Positions 29,919-41,935 of a stretch of DNA of 64,000 nt are shown here, one piece after another. A program made the translations under genes and the position numbers. The stretch comes from Dimorphilus gyrociliatus. Taxonomy: Eukaryota; Animalia; Annelida. Each line of letters starts with the position of its first letter. Positions within the stretch are counted from its first letter, which is position 1. The DNA lies in NCBI GenBank assembly GCA_904063045.1, contig CAJFCJ010000006.1, positions 2,532,946-2,596,945 on the forward strand, in the 5' to 3' direction. The notes below the pieces were generated by a model, which did not search any database, had not been told where the DNA came from, and worked only from the letters and a program-made list of their open reading frames with translations.

Positions 29919-30477
29919 TTTCCGGTCTGAATCGATTCGATACAAAATCGAAAGCTATCTATAAATAGATCAAGTTGATTTTTCACTTTATAAATAACAA
30001 TAAAAACCTATTTTTATACAAAACCAACAATTTTAATTATATATTATATAACTTTTTAAATAATAAAGTACACTAAGTCAAATTGAACAGTTGTACAAAA
30101 CTAAATATAATTTTTTCTCCGATATCAAATCAATATTGAAATATGTTGAAGTTAAGAAAATATGATGAATTATACAAAAAAAACTTATAATCCAATGATT
30201 TAAATATATAAATGTTATTAATTGATTAATATACACAATGAATATCAACTTATATTGTCTAAAATAAGTGATTAATTATCTTTTTTTTAGCACATCTTTA
30301 ATACGAAAGATAGGTTGATTCTTTAAATTTAAATTTAAATTTTCTTTTACTTATTTAGTAATTTTTGTCTTTAAAAACTTAAATACAAAATAACAATAGA
30401 TATTCCTGTTTATCTATAAAATTTCCTTATTAAATTTACCTTTCTCCTGTCTGCTAAGTTAAAAAATTAATAGAGCT

Positions 30478-32228
30478 ATGAGAGGTCTTAAATGCTTATG
30501 TATTCTGATTATCTCGGTAAGTTTATAGGCTTATAAGAATCTACTACAAATTCTTGTTAAAAATTACGAAATTTTTTAAAATTTCAGATAAAAGCTATAG
30601 AGTGCGATTGGAAATTTTATGTACAACCACTTAATTTATCTTCAGGTTTGCTTAATCCTATTCAATAGATAAATATGCATAAAAAAGAATTAGAAAAATG
30701 TATACTTTCTACTTTTCAATTTATATATGTATATATATATATATAAATGTATATATATACAAAAAAAAGAACAAAGCAACGAGCTCATATCAATAGGACT
30801 ACATTTTTGCTATCGCCTGACAAAAATAGGACCATGTGATCGTTTTGTAAAAGTAGAAACTAATAATATCATTGAATATTATGTTAAAGAGGAAAAATTG
30901 TTATCGTTTAGAACTATTATAAATTCATCTGTAAGATTAATTTATTAATTAATTCTTTATTTAATTAATTGTCGTTAAAGGAAGTTCGAAATAATACTTA
31001 CTTAACAAATGTGACGTTTAATTACTTGAACTCGTCGAAAAGTCAAATCTACGACTTAAGAAGCTTTGTGAATGTAAAGGAGAAAAGCAAAGGCGTTGAG
31101 AATTTAATTGATAAGGCGAATAATTCATCTTTAAAGTAAATAGTTAGATAACGTCAACAGCTTTATTATATAAATTATTAAGACTTTGCTCTTAGGTTAG
31201 GTCTAGAGTATGTAATTAATTGCGCTGAGAATTATTTTGGGCCTCAGTGTTCTAATTATTGCTTTCCGAAGGACGATGATTTTTACAAGTGCAATTATAC
31301 TACCGGAGAAAAAATATGTCATAAAGGTATAAAGTGTATACTTAAGCGATGATTACAACACTCAATTAGCTTCTTTAGATATGCATAATTTTCAACTCCA
31401 TCTTTAAGGTTGGAAAGGCGAATATTGCCAAGAAAAGAGTTACTATTGTTCCGATTCTATGCCCTGCGATAATGGTGGAAGGTGTACAATCATTAAAAAC
31501 CAAACTAAATGCATTTGCCCTAAGGATTTTAGTGGAACTCATTGTCAGTATGTCCTCCTACCAACCGAAGAAGATTACAGTGGCGAAGAAAGGTTAACAA
31601 GCCCAGAATATACAACCAAAAAGGTTAAAAGTGAATAGCTCTTTCTGCACTCTAGGTTGTCATTATACTTAATATTTTCTTATGTCATTTAAAAGGTTAT
31701 TAGGCGAGACGATAACATTGAGGTTAAAACTTTGTTTTATAGTATTAGTATAAATATTACATATGTATCTATTTATTTAATAATCTTAGGATTCTGTAGC
31801 TATAACTGTTATTAGTTGCATGATAATAGCTCTTGTTCTTGTCGGAGTGATTTTTTTCTTTTTCCTAACAAGATATACAAAGAAACATAAGTATATGGCG
31901 TTTATCTATTCAAGACGAATCCAATAATTTTACAATATCATTTACTTTTAGGGCGAAATCTGAGAAAAAGCACAAAAAAAGAGGAGAGAAAGGTAGTAAA
32001 AAGGAATCCAAAAGAAAAAGCCCAACTAAAAAAGCGGCTGAATCAAAAAATAGTTCAAAGCATACTTTCAAGAAAGGCTCATCAAAGCACTCTCATATAG
32101 TTAAGGAAGATACAACTGCCCCTGTTAAGGACATTTCTATTGCTGTTGATAAAACTGAAAAAAGTGCTAGAAAAAGTATTGCTTTGGAAGATGCAAAGAA
32201 AATAGACAAAAAAGATTATATTGTTTAA
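30478..32228 (+). CDS. Delta/Serrate/LAG-2 (DSL) family ligand with one EGF repeat, TM and basic tail, about 378 aa
   Basis: Nine exons 30478-30516, 30588-30645, 30797-30930, 30981-31135, 31196-31326, 31409-31623, 31696-31722, 31790-31890, 31952-32228 sum to 1137 nt in frame. Signal-like N-term; DSL CAENYFGPQCSNYC..YKCNYTTGEKICHKGWKGEYC; EGF CSDSMPCDNGGRC..CICPKDFSGTHC; TM VAITVISCMIIALVLVGVIFFFFL. Confidence 0.85.
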
Positions 32229-32339
32229 TAAATTGTATTTTAATATGTTTTTTCATTAAAAATACTAAAATTTAATTGTCTAAATAACTGTTACTTATAG
32301 AGCAACAAAAAATGTTTATTTTTTAGCTATTGAATTACT

Positions 32340-32881
32340 CTACAATCCCTCACGATCTCTAATAACTCTACTTTTAATATATCTTTTTCCAGGCTTAGGT
32401 GCCCATTGATGTTTTGTTGTATAAAACATTTGCATAAGTTCCTCATTCGAAGGGTCTCTTTGTTCTGGGAAAGTGTTTAGAACTTCAGATGCAGTGTTGT
32501 TGCTTATTCGATCAGCCTCCGTCCTGACTATAGGTTTAGTATGCTCGTAAGGAAAATCTAGTTCTTCCGGATGCCAACAAATAATTGCTGAACCATCTTT
32601 ATTAATTCCAATTTGAGGTGATCTAAGTGGTATAAATGTAAAAGTATAAGTATTTAAAAATCATATCTGAAAAATAAAAAGTACCCGCATAAACTTGCAA
32701 ACGTCCTCTGGGTGAACCATGCTGAGGCGGGCGATAATACTAAGAGATAAGAATTTCCTTTCTTATTTTTCATTTACAATGATTTGTTCATAATTTTTCA
32801 AATTAAGATACTACCTCTGCTTCCTAGAGTTACTTGAAATTGTCTTGATGAAAGTCTTAGATTCCTGACTAAGTTATTCAT
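32340..32881 (-). CDS. MRPL42: Mitochondrial ribosomal protein L42/S32; absent from the ORF track
   Basis: Three phase-compatible exons; Arg/Ser-rich transit-like N-term MNNLVRNLRLSSRQF; core IGINKDGSAIICWHPEELDFPYEHTKPI..EELMQMFYTTKHQW..RDR matches MRPL42 IVCYHP..IPYEHTKP..F.TTKH.W. Confidence 0.9.
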
Positions 32882-32969
32882 AATTAAAAATACGGTCTAT
32901 TGACTACAAATGGACATTGCAACATAAAGGAAACAGCTTCGTTATCATAGTCTGTTTAGCTCTGAAAAG

Positions 32970-35401
32970 ATGGCAGCTATCAACAATTCATACAAGATTC
33001 GAACTAATCTGATTGGGCATACTCAAGATGTTCGTTGCCTGACTTGTTTGCCAGACTTATCAATAGTATCAGGATCCAGAGATTGTACCTGTCAGTTATG
33101 GGTGCCTGAAGCTGATTCGATTAACTACAGTAATTGTTTGAAATATACCGGGCATGAAAATTTTGTGTCTTGCGTTACTACACAATCCAATTACATCATA
33201 ACTGGATGCAATGATAAGATAATAAGAGTCTTCGAGCATGGCACTGAAAGACCCTTATGTGAATTGAAAGGCCATTCAGAAAACGTTTGTACAATAACTG
33301 CCTGTCATGATGGCAAAATTCTGTCAGGATCTTGGGACAAAACTGGTAGAGTTTGGATGAATCAAAAGTGTATCTTTGTGCTATCGGGTCATGAATCTGC
33401 TGTATGGGCAGTTGCAATCTTAGAAGATGGTGAAACTATGCTAACAGGTAATAATAAGTATTTTTAACTTAAAAAAAAAACTTTATTTTTTCACTTTCAG
33501 GTTCAGCTGACAAAACTATTCGAATTTGGAACAAAGGAACATGTCTGCAAACTCTCAAAGGCCACTCTGATGCAGTTCGCAGTATAGCGGTCTGGGGAAA
33601 GGATAAATTCTTATCATGTTCGAACGATGCATCAATAAAACTTTGGAATATAAATGGAACCTGTTTGCAAACTTTTTACGGACATACTAATTACGTTTAC
33701 TCCTTGTCTATAATTAATGAAAATGAATTTATCAGTGGCGGAGAAGATAGATCAGTTAAAATATGGAGAAATGGTGAATGCGTACAAACTATATCTCACC
33801 CAACAGAAAGTGTTTGGGATGTTTGTGTTTTACCAAATGAAGATATAGTTACTGCTGCTTCTGATGGTAAGTTTATCAGTGTTATTTACTTAAAATTGTC
33901 TAATTTTTGCTGTAATTAAGGAATTATACGAATATTCTCTAAAAATCCTGAAAGACAAGCTCCAGATGACATTCAAGAAGCTTATAGCCAATCAGTTTCT
34001 TCATCTACCATTCCTGCTCAAATTGGAGATATAAATACAGATCAATTACCTTCAAAAAGTGCATTACTTAACCCGGGAAAAGCGGATGGACAAACTATGA
34101 TGATAAAAGATGGAAATAATATTGAGGCTTACAATTGGGTTGCAGCCGATGGTCAGTGGATTAAAGTAGGCAATGTTGTTGGTGGTGCTAGTGGAAATAA
34201 AACTCTCTATGAAGGAAAAGAGTATGACTTTGTTTTCGATGTAGACATTCAAGAGGGAAAGCCGGCATTAAAACTGCCGTTTAATACCACAGAAGATCCT
34301 TGGATGGCAGCTCACGAATTCTTGGAGCGAAATGACCTTTCTCCACTGTTTTTAGATCAGGTTTGTTAGAAACTGTATACAATTAATTGGTTAACTTTGT
34401 AATTCTAAAAGGTCGCAAAATTCATCGTAACAAATACAAAAGGAGCAACCCTTGGCTCCAGGCAGGATCAAGGTTTTGCAGATCCATTTACAGGCGGAAA
34501 TCAGTATGTTCCCTCCTCAGTTTCTGGTAGTACAACACAAGCCCCTGCTCCACCTGTTACGTCCAAAAGGGTGTCCAATCACTTTCCAGTTGAGGAATTT
34601 CAATGTTTCGAAAATATAAATTCTGCTCAAATTTTTGAGAAACTGGAAAAATTTAATGAAGAAGTCGATGAGTATCTTCAGTTGAAAGAGTCAGAATTAA
34701 CAACTTTGCACGACCTAATAACGAAAACAAAGGCTAAAATGTCATCCGATGAAGAAGATACCGTGTGGAAGAGTCTTTCTTGGTCTCCACAGCTAGCTTG
34801 GCCTTGTCTGGATATTCTTCGGCTTTTAGTCCTTCGATATCCAAAAGTCTTTTGTTCAGAACGACTTTTTATAGTTTTGAAATCATTTATAGATATTTAT
34901 TCAGCTCCTTTTCAGTGCCATGCCTTTACTTTGAGAACATTTGTTAACTGTTTTAGTAGTTCAGAGGGACGTCAATTAATATCGTCCCAATTGGATGACG
35001 TATTGGATGCTTCAAAGATTATGATGAAAGGTGGCAATAAGCACGTTCAGATTGCTTTTGGAACGCTAGCTCTGAACTTGACCATAGCCCAAACTAAACA
35101 GATGGGTTTTGGTATCGAAACTGCTCTTTCTGTGCTGGAATTCTGTTGTAAAACTTTTACTGAGTCAGAAGCTAAATACCGAGCTTGTGCTGCTATAGGA
35201 ACTTTATTGACAAAGAGTAAGTAAAAAATAGTCTTAATGATATATAATTTACACGCAACATTTACAGACGATGACGAAGGAGTAGCTCTAGCCCAGAGTT
35301 TAAGCTTTACTGATATTCTTGATGAAATGACCGAAAGAGATGGAAAATGTGACCCGAGAATAATTGATTGCGTGAAAGATATAAAAAAATTACTTTCATA
35401 A
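32970..35401 (+). CDS. PLAA: Phospholipase A2-activating protein (Ufd3/Doa1): WD40, PFU, PUL
   Basis: LIGHTQDVRCL..IVSGSRD WD40s; PFU YEGKEYDFVFDVDIQEG..LKLPFN..DPWMAAHEFL; ADPFTGG; PUL region ending with ESEAKYRACAAIGTL. Five GT-AG exons. Confidence 0.96.
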
Positions 35402-35562
35402 TGTAATAAATTGGCATATGGTATTTTATAATCCTTTAAGTAGTATTTATCTGCCAGCAACTTTTTACTGTTTGTATTTTCATATTTCATTATCTCCAAA
35501 TTAAAACAAGAGTCATTTTAAAATAAAGAGTATTCCTTGTTATTGTATAAGCTTTTTAGCTT

Positions 35563-36984
35563 TCAATGTGTACTAATTGCGTTTTTCATCTTTTTCCCGT
35601 ACATGATAACTATTGGTTTTCCCTTATATTCATAACCATTAATTAATTTCAGTGCTTCAGTTGCCTCGTCAGAGCCTGGAATATTGAAGATATATTTTAT
35701 TATTTATATTTATAAATATAAAAATAGAATAAATTCTTTAATATTTCTACTGACAAGGAAATGTGATGAAAGCTTGTCCTCTCATTTTACCCTTCAGTAA
35801 TCTACATTCAATAGCTTCATCTTTGTTGAATCTATTAAACAGCATGTGAAGATCCTCTTCCGTTATTTTAGATGATAAATTCTTCACAAACAATATCTGT
35901 TTAGCCAATTGATATCAACAGAATGCACTTATGAAAGTTATTTTAATATTTACATTGTTCTTTTCTCCTGGATTATAATCTTTAAACCTCGGAATAAGTC
36001 TTATTTCGTTTTCAGTTAATTTGTACCTAGCAATAGAATCACTTGGGATTATGTCGATTGTATCTTGCCAGTTCTCAGGCTTAGGTGGAGGACCAATGAA
36101 TTTATTTTCAACTTTTTCCCATTTATTATGAGGATAAACATCTCCCAAATCATTGTTACTATCATCAAGTTGAATATCTATGAGGATCGTACAACTAGAG
36201 TATTTTTTAGCAATAATTATTGTTTGCCTACCTTTAAATTTATTTTTTCTTTCTTTTCTTTTATTTATAAGATAACCCTGAACTTTATTTTCAACTTTTT
36301 CAATAGTCTGTTTTAAACAACCACCCTCATCTTCCATTAATTTGCTCTGTTCTAATAAAATATCATATAATTTGGCTTTTTCCTGAGTATTTGCAAGAGA
36401 TCTTTCGAGTTCGAATCTGTGTCTTGATAATTTTTTACTGTTACGAAACACATTTGTCTTTTGAAGATCTTTTTTTTTCATGTTTATTTTTAAATCAATT
36501 TTGGCTAGTTTTTGAAATGTTACTTCAGGATTTTCTAATCCTTTTCTCTTCTCTCCCTGTGGTGTAAATATCTAATGGATAATGTAACTACTATTTCAAT
36601 ACTATCTTACTCTTCCGTTTGAATTGGATAATTTTAAGTTTATTTCTTCATCTGTTAAACCGCATGCTTTTAGCTCTTCCAAATATTCAACTTTTCGTAA
36701 TGCGATGTTATATTCATCCAAGGAAGTAGCACCAGAGGTTTTAACATCTACATTATAGCTGCCAGATTTGGAAAACTCTCGACCTCTAGCTAGCTGCCTG
36801 AATGAAAAAAATATATATTCAGTTTAGCGAATTATGTTAAAGAAATACAAAACAAGACGAACTCATTGAAGGTAACTTTTGTAGCAGTCTGTTGCTCAAC
36901 TAAACATTTTATTTGTCTTTCATCCTCAGTTTGAATATGATCTTCTTTTGGTCCTTCTGCAATAAGCTTGTTCTTTTTAAACAT
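35563..36984 (-). CDS. RBM41: RNA-binding motif protein 41 (RNPC3 paralogue, single C-terminal RRM)
   Basis: N-term QTEDERQIKCLVEQQ..VTFNE and ELKACGLTDEEI match RBM41; IPRFKDYNPGE then RRM FVKNLSSKITEEDL..KGKMRGQAFITF..ALKLINGY..GKPIVIMYGK. Confidence 0.85.
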
Positions 36985-37254
36985 ACTCTTGTTGGTTTCT
37001 ATCTCTTTTGTAGGCAAAACATTACAAAAAAAATCGTAACCAGTTTTCTCGATCGTGGTTCCATTCTTATAGGATACAGCCTCTTACTTTTAAATTAATT
37101 AAATCACGAACGACGCTAGGAGGGTTCTAATGAAAGTAACAGAATAAATTAATTGCTTTCATTCCAATGACATGAATATAATCATAAACTTATTATTCAA
37201 ATATTTAAAAAAGTATTGAAGAATAAATGAGAAAAAAATGTTTATGGAATAACA

Positions 37255-37896
37255 ATGACTTTCAAAGGTTTTTTAATACTTGTATTCTCTCCGTTTTGTT
37301 TAAACAATTTAGCTGAACCTGTACAAAAAAATTGGCATATTTCAATGGACCTAAATAGCTTAGATCCTAAACTTGACGGCAATTTAAGGTATTCACCAGC
37401 ATGGGAAAATTTAAAAGATCAAATAAATGACTTTGCTAATTCATATACCAGGTATATTACTCTTTACATAACGTTATTATCAACGATAAAGATTTATTTA
37501 CTTAGTCATAACAAGGATAAACTTTTAACAATGTCTCTTGTCGGATTAATGTATGAATCAGATAGGGGAGGTCAGGCACAGACAGATAGATTTTATAGAA
37601 CGACTATTGTTGTTATAAATTTGTTGATAACCATATTTCTTAGTATTTTGTGCAGCCTAATAATCTATAGAAAATATTTTCGAAAAATCTACGAAGAATG
37701 TGAAGAAGAATTAGCTATTATCAAAAATAAAACTTCAACTTTTGAAAACAATGTAAAAATGGTTTTTCCTCCTCCCCGAGGACTACCAAGTGATTATATT
37801 CCAGATTATGCTAATCGTGTTCATATTGGACTAGGAAATTATCAAGATTCAAATTTATTTCCAATAACTATTAGTTCAGCTCAATACATTCCTTAA
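37255..37896 (+). CDS. Orphan single-pass (type I) membrane protein
   Basis: ATG-initiated 213-codon ORF in AT-rich DNA; hydrophobic N-term, TM TIVVINLLITIFLSILCSLIIY followed by RK; probable in-frame 54-nt intron 37452-37505. No family recognised. Confidence 0.6.
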   Translation: MTFKGFLILVFSPFCLNNLAEPVQKNWHISMDLNSLDPKLDGNLRYSPAWENLKDQINDFANSYTRYITLYITLLSTIKIYLLSHNKDKLLTMSLVGLMYESDRGGQAQTDRFYRTTIVVINLLITIFLSILCSLIIYRKYFRKIYEECEEELAIIKNKTSTFENNVKMVFPPPRGLPSDYIPDYANRVHIGLGNYQDSNLFPITISSAQYIP

Positions 37897-38167
37897 TGTA
37901 TGCATTTTTTGTTTCTGTGTTTTAATACTATATTTTGTCAATTAAATATTCTTTATCATACGTGAGATTTTACGTCTCCTTTCCTTTCTTGAGAGCGAAA
38001 CAATGACATTAAAAATTTATAACAACAATAATACAACAGTACAATTTTTGAACAATATTAAATTATTAAACTGTGAATTGGGTGTATATCACATATTAGT
38101 GAAATGGAAACAATTTGAAATTACCATTAATTCAAAAGCACCGATTCCTTTAGTATAAAGCTAATGC

Positions 38168-39133
38168 CTAAATACTTAAAAAGCAGGCAATTATATATGC
38201 AATACCAAATTTTACATTATACATGGCCAATTTTTTAGGTAAAAATCTTAGGTCCTTTGCCCTAAATTCCTTTTCTACTCTAAAGACTTCGTAACAAGTA
38301 AGAACAGGAAGTATAAAAAAGACGCTCCTATGTATGACACAAAGCATCAGTACAACATGGGGAATGAACAAGAGAAAACAAAATAAAATATATGAGCCTG
38401 TCTCTCCAAGATAAATTGCAAGCGTGACTATTCCAGCAGCCCTATCAGTTTCCCTATCTCTTGTATTGTTTGCATGTAATATGGCTTCGGTGTTGAGAGC
38501 AAGGGGGATTGCGTAAATTAAGGTTGTAGTTGACAGTTGCCCACATTGAGTGAGGTAGGCAAACAAGACGGTTATAGGTCCAAATGTTAAAAATATGATA
38601 ATATCCCCCAGTGCAATATATTTGAGTCCCAGTCCTCCAGTATATAAAAAACTTGATGATAGGCCACCAAAGTAGATTAATGCCAAATGTTCGACTTCAG
38701 CTGGTGATATTATGCATAAAATTCCAAATCCAAAACACCCGAAAATATAAAATAAGCTACCCAATGTAGCAATATTATTTGGAGTGAGAATTTCGTCAAC
38801 CAGCGTTCTATCATCACTTTTCTTATTATCAACACCCCTCTTAAAATCAAAATAGGTATTAACCAGGTTACCAGCCGAATGAACACTCAAAGCAGTCAGA
38901 CAAGAACATAAATATATTAGTAAACTAAAATTCGATTCTATCTTATAAGATAGAACACTACCTAGTGATACTGGAATCAAACTGGCGCTTAAAGACCATG
39001 GTCTTAATGCTGCTATGTATTGTCGTAAGAAACTGTATGTTCCAACCGATCGTATTTTATGTTCTTTTTTACTTCTTTTGGAGAAATTTGAGTCTTTATC
39101 CATCTTGAAACAAGATTGCGATAATTCAACCAT
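38168..39133 (-). CDS. UBIAD1: UbiA prenyltransferase domain-containing protein 1 (single coding exon)
   Basis: ALRPWSLSASL, HSAGNLVNTYFDFKRGVDNKKSDDRTLVD, YTGGLGLKYIALGD, EAILHANNTRD..D. First in-frame ATG 39133 (the track's 39166 start is TTG). Confidence 0.96.
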   Translation of the reverse strand: MVELSQSCFKMDKDSNFSKRSKKEHKIRSVGTYSFLRQYIAALRPWSLSASLIPVSLGSVLSYKIESNFSLLIYLCSCLTALSVHSAGNLVNTYFDFKRGVDNKKSDDRTLVDEILTPNNIATLGSLFYIFGCFGFGILCIISPAEVEHLALIYFGGLSSSFLYTGGLGLKYIALGDIIIFLTFGPITVLFAYLTQCGQLSTTTLIYAIPLALNTEAILHANNTRDRETDRAAGIVTLAIYLGETGSYILFCFLLFIPHVVLMLCVIHRSVFFILPVLTCYEVFRVEKEFRAKDLRFLPKKLAMYNVKFGIAYIIACFLSI

Positions 39134-39258
39134 AGGAACACGTGTAGCAGACGGTACTCGAACCAATAGTATCGTGAATTAGAAGATTCGCTGGAGTTTT
39201 ATTCTTTTTAGAGTAGTATGGTTGCCTGTCTCTCGCTTAAATCTGGAACCAGTCAGCA

Positions 39259-40725
39259 ATGGATCCTACAGATGATATTATGATTAAATATAAGAACATT
39301 GCAGCATCTCTCAAAAAGTTAGTCAATCTGCTAATGAACACTAAGTCGGTCGATAGCTTTAAATACTCCGTTTGAAAAAACAAACTTTTTAACAAATATT
39401 ATACCGTTTATAAAAGAATTTGCTGAGCGATAACAGCAGATGCAATTAATTTATAATATTTGGCTTAATAAACTTTTTCAATTTTTCTTTTAAAGACGAT
39501 TCCTAAGGAAGCCTAACCTTTCTGAAGGAGCAGATCACTTTAGTAAGTGTGAAATATGAACTGTTATTAATAACAAATTGACATCTTCAATTTTCATCTG
39601 TAGGCAGGGAAGCTCGAATTTTAAGAGATGAAGAATGTTTTGAATATTCAGCATTCTTCAGTCTAGCTCAAGCAAGGTGAGAAAATCTGAAAAAATAATT
39701 TTTTTTTACTAAACTATAACTAAACTTGTCATCTCTTAGATGCGAGCACACACTACCGAACTATCCTGGAGAAGCGGATGCACTTATATGTGCTGCACAG
39801 TCATTTTTGGAAGCTCACATGCTCGAAACGGAACTTAATTGTCCGTCTTTCAGAGAAAATTTGTTGGCTGCATCTAATTGTTTCGACCATGCTATAAGGG
39901 TAATTTATACAATTTCGCGATTAAAAGAAATAATTATGTATATATTATCAATTCTTTAGGTTTATATTGAAAATAACGAACGATGTTTAGCTGCTAGTCT
40001 TTGTATCCAAATGGGTGATACACTAAGGGTAACTATATGCTTACTGAAAAAAATGAAATTTTGACCAGTCTCTTTCATCATATAGAAATTGCACCTGCCT
40101 GACGAGGCAATCAATCATTACGAAAACGCAATGGAACATCAAAAGGGAAATGTCACTGTTGTTTCACAGTGTTTTAGGGATATAGCTTCTTGTAATCTTG
40201 AAATAAGTAAGTTCTAAAGTATATGAACATCAAGCATTATTTCATATCTTCTTCCATAGAGAACTATGAAACAGCTCTAAAGACTTTAACAGATCTAGCC
40301 ACCTATTTAAGAAAAAATGGACGTAAGTTTCTACACTGATAATTCTCAATTCTATTCGATTTAAAGATTTCGTATTACGTTACATAGATAAGTCATCTTC
40401 CGGCAAAGTGTTAGGAGAATCTAGAGATATTTTATGTGAAGCAGAAATTAATAGAATACTAATCCTAATGTTAACTGAGCCAATGCAAAGTAGATTACAT
40501 CCAGCAAACGCATCTTTGATGGAAACTTACTCCTGGTTGGCCGAGGATTACGAAAGAGATACATTTCTACCAAAAAATATGTTCCTTCTACTTCAATCAG
40601 CTTTTATGGCAAATCAAGCCCGAGACTTTGAAGCTTTAAGTGATTTATCACAAGAATTAAGCCCATTTTTGAATGTGGAACAAAAACAATTGTTCAGTTT
40701 AATATTATCTGAACACTGTAGATGA
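39259..40725 (+). CDS. F8A1: 40-kDa huntingtin-associated protein (HAP40), multi-exon
   Basis: Spliced MDPTDDIMIKYKNIAASLK|KRFLRKPNLSEG..ECFEYSAFFSLAQA|RCEHTLPNYPGEADAL..AAQSFL matches HAP40 KLKKRFLRKPNV.EA..C..YAA...A.ARC...GEA.AL; C-term EINRILILML..FLLLQS..QKQLF. Confidence 0.88.
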
Positions 40726-41140
40726 AATAATTCTATTCTAACTTAGTAAAATACTATTTTATTTTTTCCCTGTATTGTCTGTAACAGATATAAAATATAT
40801 TCAATTAAGAAATAAATAAAGCTGTAATAAATTGTATATTGTGTAGTTTTCAAAAAGTACAATGTTGAAACAATTTTTAACAATGCTTTTCAATTTCCTA
40901 AAGCAAACATTATACAGACACAACTGGCATGATACATTTAGTCATACCGTTTCAAAATTAGTTCCAATTTTTTCAAATTACAATGTCCAAGAGACTTGGA
41001 ACCGAATAGTTGCTATATATTAATTTGTATATTGGTATCTTACAATTATATATATATATATATATTTATTTATATATTATCAAGTAGCCTAGGAAAGATT
41101 TTGAGAATTAGTAGTAGTTTTGATTTTAGGATAAATAGTC

Positions 41141-41935
41141 ATGGAAAAAGAAGATTTTTTATACGATGTATCTGCAAAATTATCACCTAAGAGTATTGAA
41201 TGTTTATGCTCTACAACAACCCCAGAGGTTGCCATCGTTGTTATTAAAGAACAAACTGGAATGAACATCGAAGTGATTGATGATGAGTGGATAGCCAATG
41301 GTACACTTAATCAAATCATATTACTTCACTCTTTGCTAAAACAAATGAGCACAGAAATGATTGACGTTAAACCCAAAGAGGAAGCAGTTCCTTTAGCTAA
41401 TGTTACCGTAGAAGAATTACCTTTAACTCAAAAATCAATGCACAGTTGTGATCGATGTCCATACAGCACTAAAAGAAAAGAGCATTTAAAAAGGCATATG
41501 CAAACAGTTCATTTTGGCGTTCGAAAATTTTTGTGTCCCGAATGTGGAAAGAAATTTAAAAGAAACGATGCTCTTCAAGATCACCTTGCTACTCATGATC
41601 AGGAGACCAAAAAATTCTTTTGTTGTCATTGTGAACAAAGGTTTCGAAGAAAACATCACTTAGACGATCATATGAGAGGACGACACTCAAATAAACGACA
41701 ATACTTATGCGAAGAATGCGGTGTTACATTCAAAACTAGAGGCACTCAGAGACGTCATCAAATAACTGTTCATAATAGTGAATCCATATTTAAATGCACA
41801 ATATGTAATAAAGGTCTTTCATCCAAGTACGCCCTAGCTCGACATGTCAAAGTACACGAAGATGATGGTAAAGGCTTGGATCACAGTCAAGATCTGCTTT
41901 TAACGGTTGATTCTCATACAGAATTTATAACTTAA
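41141..41935 (+). CDS. C2H2 zinc-finger protein with five tandem fingers
   Basis: Five C-x2-C-x12-H-x3/4-H units from CDRCPYST to CTICNKGL..HVKVH; single exon. Confidence 0.92.
   Translation: MEKEDFLYDVSAKLSPKSIECLCSTTTPEVAIVVIKEQTGMNIEVIDDEWIANGTLNQIILLHSLLKQMSTEMIDVKPKEEAVPLANVTVEELPLTQKSMHSCDRCPYSTKRKEHLKRHMQTVHFGVRKFLCPECGKKFKRNDALQDHLATHDQETKKFFCCHCEQRFRRKHHLDDHMRGRHSNKRQYLCEECGVTFKTRGTQRRHQITVHNSESIFKCTICNKGLSSKYALARHVKVHEDDGKGLDHSQDLLLTVDSHTEFIT

Noticed and set aside
26725-32228. Functional link between the SLC35D-like transporter (fringe-connection-like) and the nearby DSL ligand
   Set aside because: They are separated by CRYM and on opposite strands, and the transporter subfamily is uncertain; proximity in a dense genome is weak evidence.
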